DNA of 64,000 nucleotides from a virus: IMG/VR virus record IMGVR_UViG_3300032163_000002, positions 1 to 64,000 of that record; one strand, 5' to 3'. Shown piece by piece: positions 61,501 to 64,000 of this stretch (position 1 is its first letter; each line of letters starts with the position of its first letter). The notes under the pieces were generated by a model. It saw only the letters and a program-made list of their open reading frames with translations, ran no database searches and was not told where the DNA came from. The position numbers and the translations under genes were made by a program.

Positions 61501-62333
61501 TAAAAAAGCTTCGCAAGCCCATGAACATAGGCGAGACTGATCTCCTGAATTTTGCCTTCCGGGGGTTTCTCTCCCCGATGCATGTCGTACAGCCCCATCA
61601 TTTTTTTACGAAGCTCGATGAGATTCTCTGTAGCAGAAACAGAAGGGGGGTTAAAGTCATTTGCAAAGTCACCCAGCTTTGGGTGCGATTTTTCAAGAGA
61701 AGAAGACTCCGTAGAAATCAAAGGAAGATACCCCCGGTCATCATCTTCTACGCCTCCATTGACCGCCGTAACTAGTTTCAATTCTTTAGTTACAGCTTCT
61801 ATCTCCGTGTCTGATTTTTTTTGATGAACTCCCGCAGCTTTATCCTGCTCGTTCATGAATTTCACAAACTCAGGATGAAGCGGCCTGCTACTGTGAAATT
61901 TATCCATCGCCATGCCTCTTCACGGTATAGCGCTTGTCATGAAGCCACTTGTTCCACTTTCGAACCTGATGCCACTTCCACCATTTCAGCACCCAGCGCA
62001 TTACGAAACACCCGATGGAAAAACCGAGTAGAGTCCAGAGCACCCGAAGACCCCATATCTTCGTCATGATTACTCCGCCTCCATCTCCATGAGCAGGCCA
62101 CGCAGTAGCTTCAGCGCCGCTGTACGCTCGGAGGTTGCCGTGAGAGGGTAGGAAGGCAGGTACTTGCCGTTCGCGTCACGTAGCTCTCCGTGGACATGCA
62201 GAAGAGCCGAAGCTTCAGGGCTGACCTTCCAGATCAAACAGATAGGGGAAAAAAGCTTGGCGGAATCCGGCCAGACCGTATATCCGGCTTTTTGAAGCTC
62301 GCGGATAACCTCAACGCGATTCATCACCCTTAT

Positions 62334-62362
62334 AACTTACACCTGTAAGAATAAAAAGTCAA
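62334..62362 (-). promoter_or_regulatory. Class 2 sigma70 promoter
   Basis: TTGACT-ttttattcttacaggtg-TAAGTT. Confidence 0.8.
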
Positions 62363-62610
62363 GGGAAAAAGAAAAGGGTAATAACCCACGAAACTGCTTA
62401 CTTTAGAAGGTTACTACCCCGTTTCCTTCTGCACGAACCGGGCCATATAGCCTGTGGGAAATTCTAGCGGGACGCTTCAAAGGGGGGACGAAGCGCTGCA
62501 TTTGATGGTGAGGCGTTATGGCAGGACGAAGAACAGACGCTCGCAGGGCGAGCATGAGAAGTCCGCTCGCGCAGATCGAAGAAAACACGAAAATCGAAAT
62601 ACGCCGCATT

Positions 62611-63048
62611 CTATTTCCACCACCAGTTTTTTGTACCACTGAGAAGAATCGAGTTACCGTGATCAGAGATAGTGAAAACATTAGGCCAAAACTTGTCTTT
62701 ATCCATTTTTACTTTCAGTCCAAGCCGATCTCCAGTAAAGTACAACTTCCCGTACTGATACCAATGCTCGTCATCTCTACTAGCAATATCTCCACCTTCC
62801 TGATAAAATTCGTCTTCCTCTTCCTCACGGATGGATTCCTTTTTCGGTCCACCTCCACGCGCATAATTTATAGGTTCCGCATGAAGTTTATACCCCGGTT
62901 CAAGCTGCCTCTTGTCATCCTCAATGCACTTGTCACAATAATCCGATCCTTGATTCCACGGAACTTTACAGCACTTGCAACCTATGCACTGACGACTATT
63001 ATTATTTTTTTCCCTGATTTGCTTAAAGAGTTCGCTGAAAATTGTCAT
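62611..63048 (-). CDS. Two-module protein (putative head cargo)
   Basis: MTIFSELFKQIRE; CxxC..CxxC; KKESIREE linker; FWPNVFTISDHGN domain; late motif upstream. Confidence 0.65.
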   Translation of the reverse strand: MTIFSELFKQIREKNNNSRQCIGCKCCKVPWNQGSDYCDKCIEDDKRQLEPGYKLHAEPINYARGGGPKKESIREEEEDEFYQEGGDIASRDDEHWYQYGKLYFTGDRLGLKVKMDKDKFWPNVFTISDHGNSILLSGTKNWWWK

Positions 63049-63360
63049 GACCATCTCCTGTCAAGATAGTCCATTTCAAAAGTCAATTCCAGTGATCATG
63101 AGCCCACTCGGTCCACAAAACATGAAGTACTTCTTTGATTTGTTCTCGGTTAGGCATATGCATCTCCACGTCATTACGAGACGCCAAAGGCGCGGCACAT
63201 TGCCCACAAAAGATTTCGGCATTCTTCTCCGCAACGATACACCTTCCTGTCGGAGCTATGAGAACCGGCTCCTTGCACTGGCTGCATATATCCATTGAAG
63301 TACCAGAAACGGACCCGAGAGCGTTTGATTTCCGTACGCAGACAAGTATATTTTTGTCGT

Positions 63361-63975
63361 TCATACATCCTCTTTTAGATTTTCCGGTAGCGAAATTTGA
63401 AGTACAGCTTTCACAAACTCTTCCGGAGGAGCATACCCGTGAGCCTTGACATAATGGTAAATCATGTCCGGCGCCATGTAGACCACGCCCTCACCCACGA
63501 CGTAAATTTCCGATGCGCCCCCTTCGTCCTCATACCCCCACTGAACCGGATTCCGTATGCACTGCTTCAGTGCGATGAACGGACAAGGATGCCAGCCCAA
63601 CGTGTGATTGCAAGAAACGAGCCTCCAACCGTCACCCGTAGCACAAAGAAAATGGAGAGCGTTCAGAAATTCTTTGGACGGCGTAGCTGTAGGAATCGAG
63701 TGTTCTGCTGGATTCAGCCAGCCAATGTTCAGTGCCGGAAATTTCTTCAATTCCTCCCTGCGAAAACTCATAGGTGTCTTACCCTTGAGCCACTCCCACG
63801 ACACGGCCTTCTGCCAGTAAATCTCGTAGGGAGGATAGGGTTTGTCAGTATAAGGGGTAAGATCCGCAAAATAAGCCATCAGGCTTTCTCCTTCGCCGCA
63901 AAAAAACGCCAAAGCTTCCACCATACCCGAATAAATATGTTCACTTTTCTTCTCCATACACAATGCCCGACGCAC
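63361..63975 (-). CDS. Conserved hypothetical protein
   Basis: YFADLTPY...LNIGWL...GWH.CP...EI.V......AP.MI.HYV..H.Y.PP.EF..AV. Confidence 0.65.
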   Translation of the reverse strand: MRRALCMEKKSEHIYSGMVEALAFFCGEGESLMAYFADLTPYTDKPYPPYEIYWQKAVSWEWLKGKTPMSFRREELKKFPALNIGWLNPAEHSIPTATPSKEFLNALHFLCATGDGWRLVSCNHTLGWHPCPFIALKQCIRNPVQWGYEDEGGASEIYVVGEGVVYMAPDMIYHYVKAHGYAPPEEFVKAVLQISLPENLKEDV

Positions 63976-64000
63976 ACATAAGGATTACGGTAAATAAGTA

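Larger units (their letters stand above)
56622..62327 (-). other. Hypothetical genes of unknown function
   Basis: Minus-strand ORFs 56622, 56908, 57527, 57783, 58687, 59376, 59644, 59939, 60634, 61134, 62070 without recognisable motifs. Confidence 0.55.

Noticed and set aside
1-64000. Alternative genetic code (stop-codon reassignment)
   Set aside because: Capsid, sheath, protease and other markers are full length in code 11, with TAA, TAG and TGA all used as coupled stops

Overview
This window is 64 kb of a large tailed-phage genome with a T4-like (myovirus) morphogenesis module. Virtually all credible genes lie on the minus strand and use the standard code. Reading in the direction of transcription (high to low coordinates): 64-46.2 kb and 42-26.4 kb are early/accessory blocks of short genes behind two families of near-identical sigma70 promoters. 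They include a divergent PurA-like enzyme next to a vWA protein, MazG, HAD nucleotidase, RyR, HicB-like, nucleotidyltransferase, DUF6011, EndoVII and HNH genes, plus a tRNA-like structured ncRNA. 46.2-42.2 kb is a small late island with a papain-like protease. 26.4-0 kb is the virion block: gp21 protease/scaffold fusion, gp23 capsid, gp13/gp14/gp15 neck and tail-completion proteins, gp18 sheath and fibres. The most striking signal is a set of more than 20 unrelated small proteins and polyproteins sharing an amphipathic '(R/K)-I-V-x-x-L-L-(x)-E' tag that ends in a gp21-type L-x-E site. Their genes mostly follow a conserved putative late promoter (RACTATCT). This points to a modular system for packaging diverse effector domains into the head; one such domain also exists as an untagged stand-alone gene in the early region. 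All family assignments come from motif recognition by eye; no database search was run.
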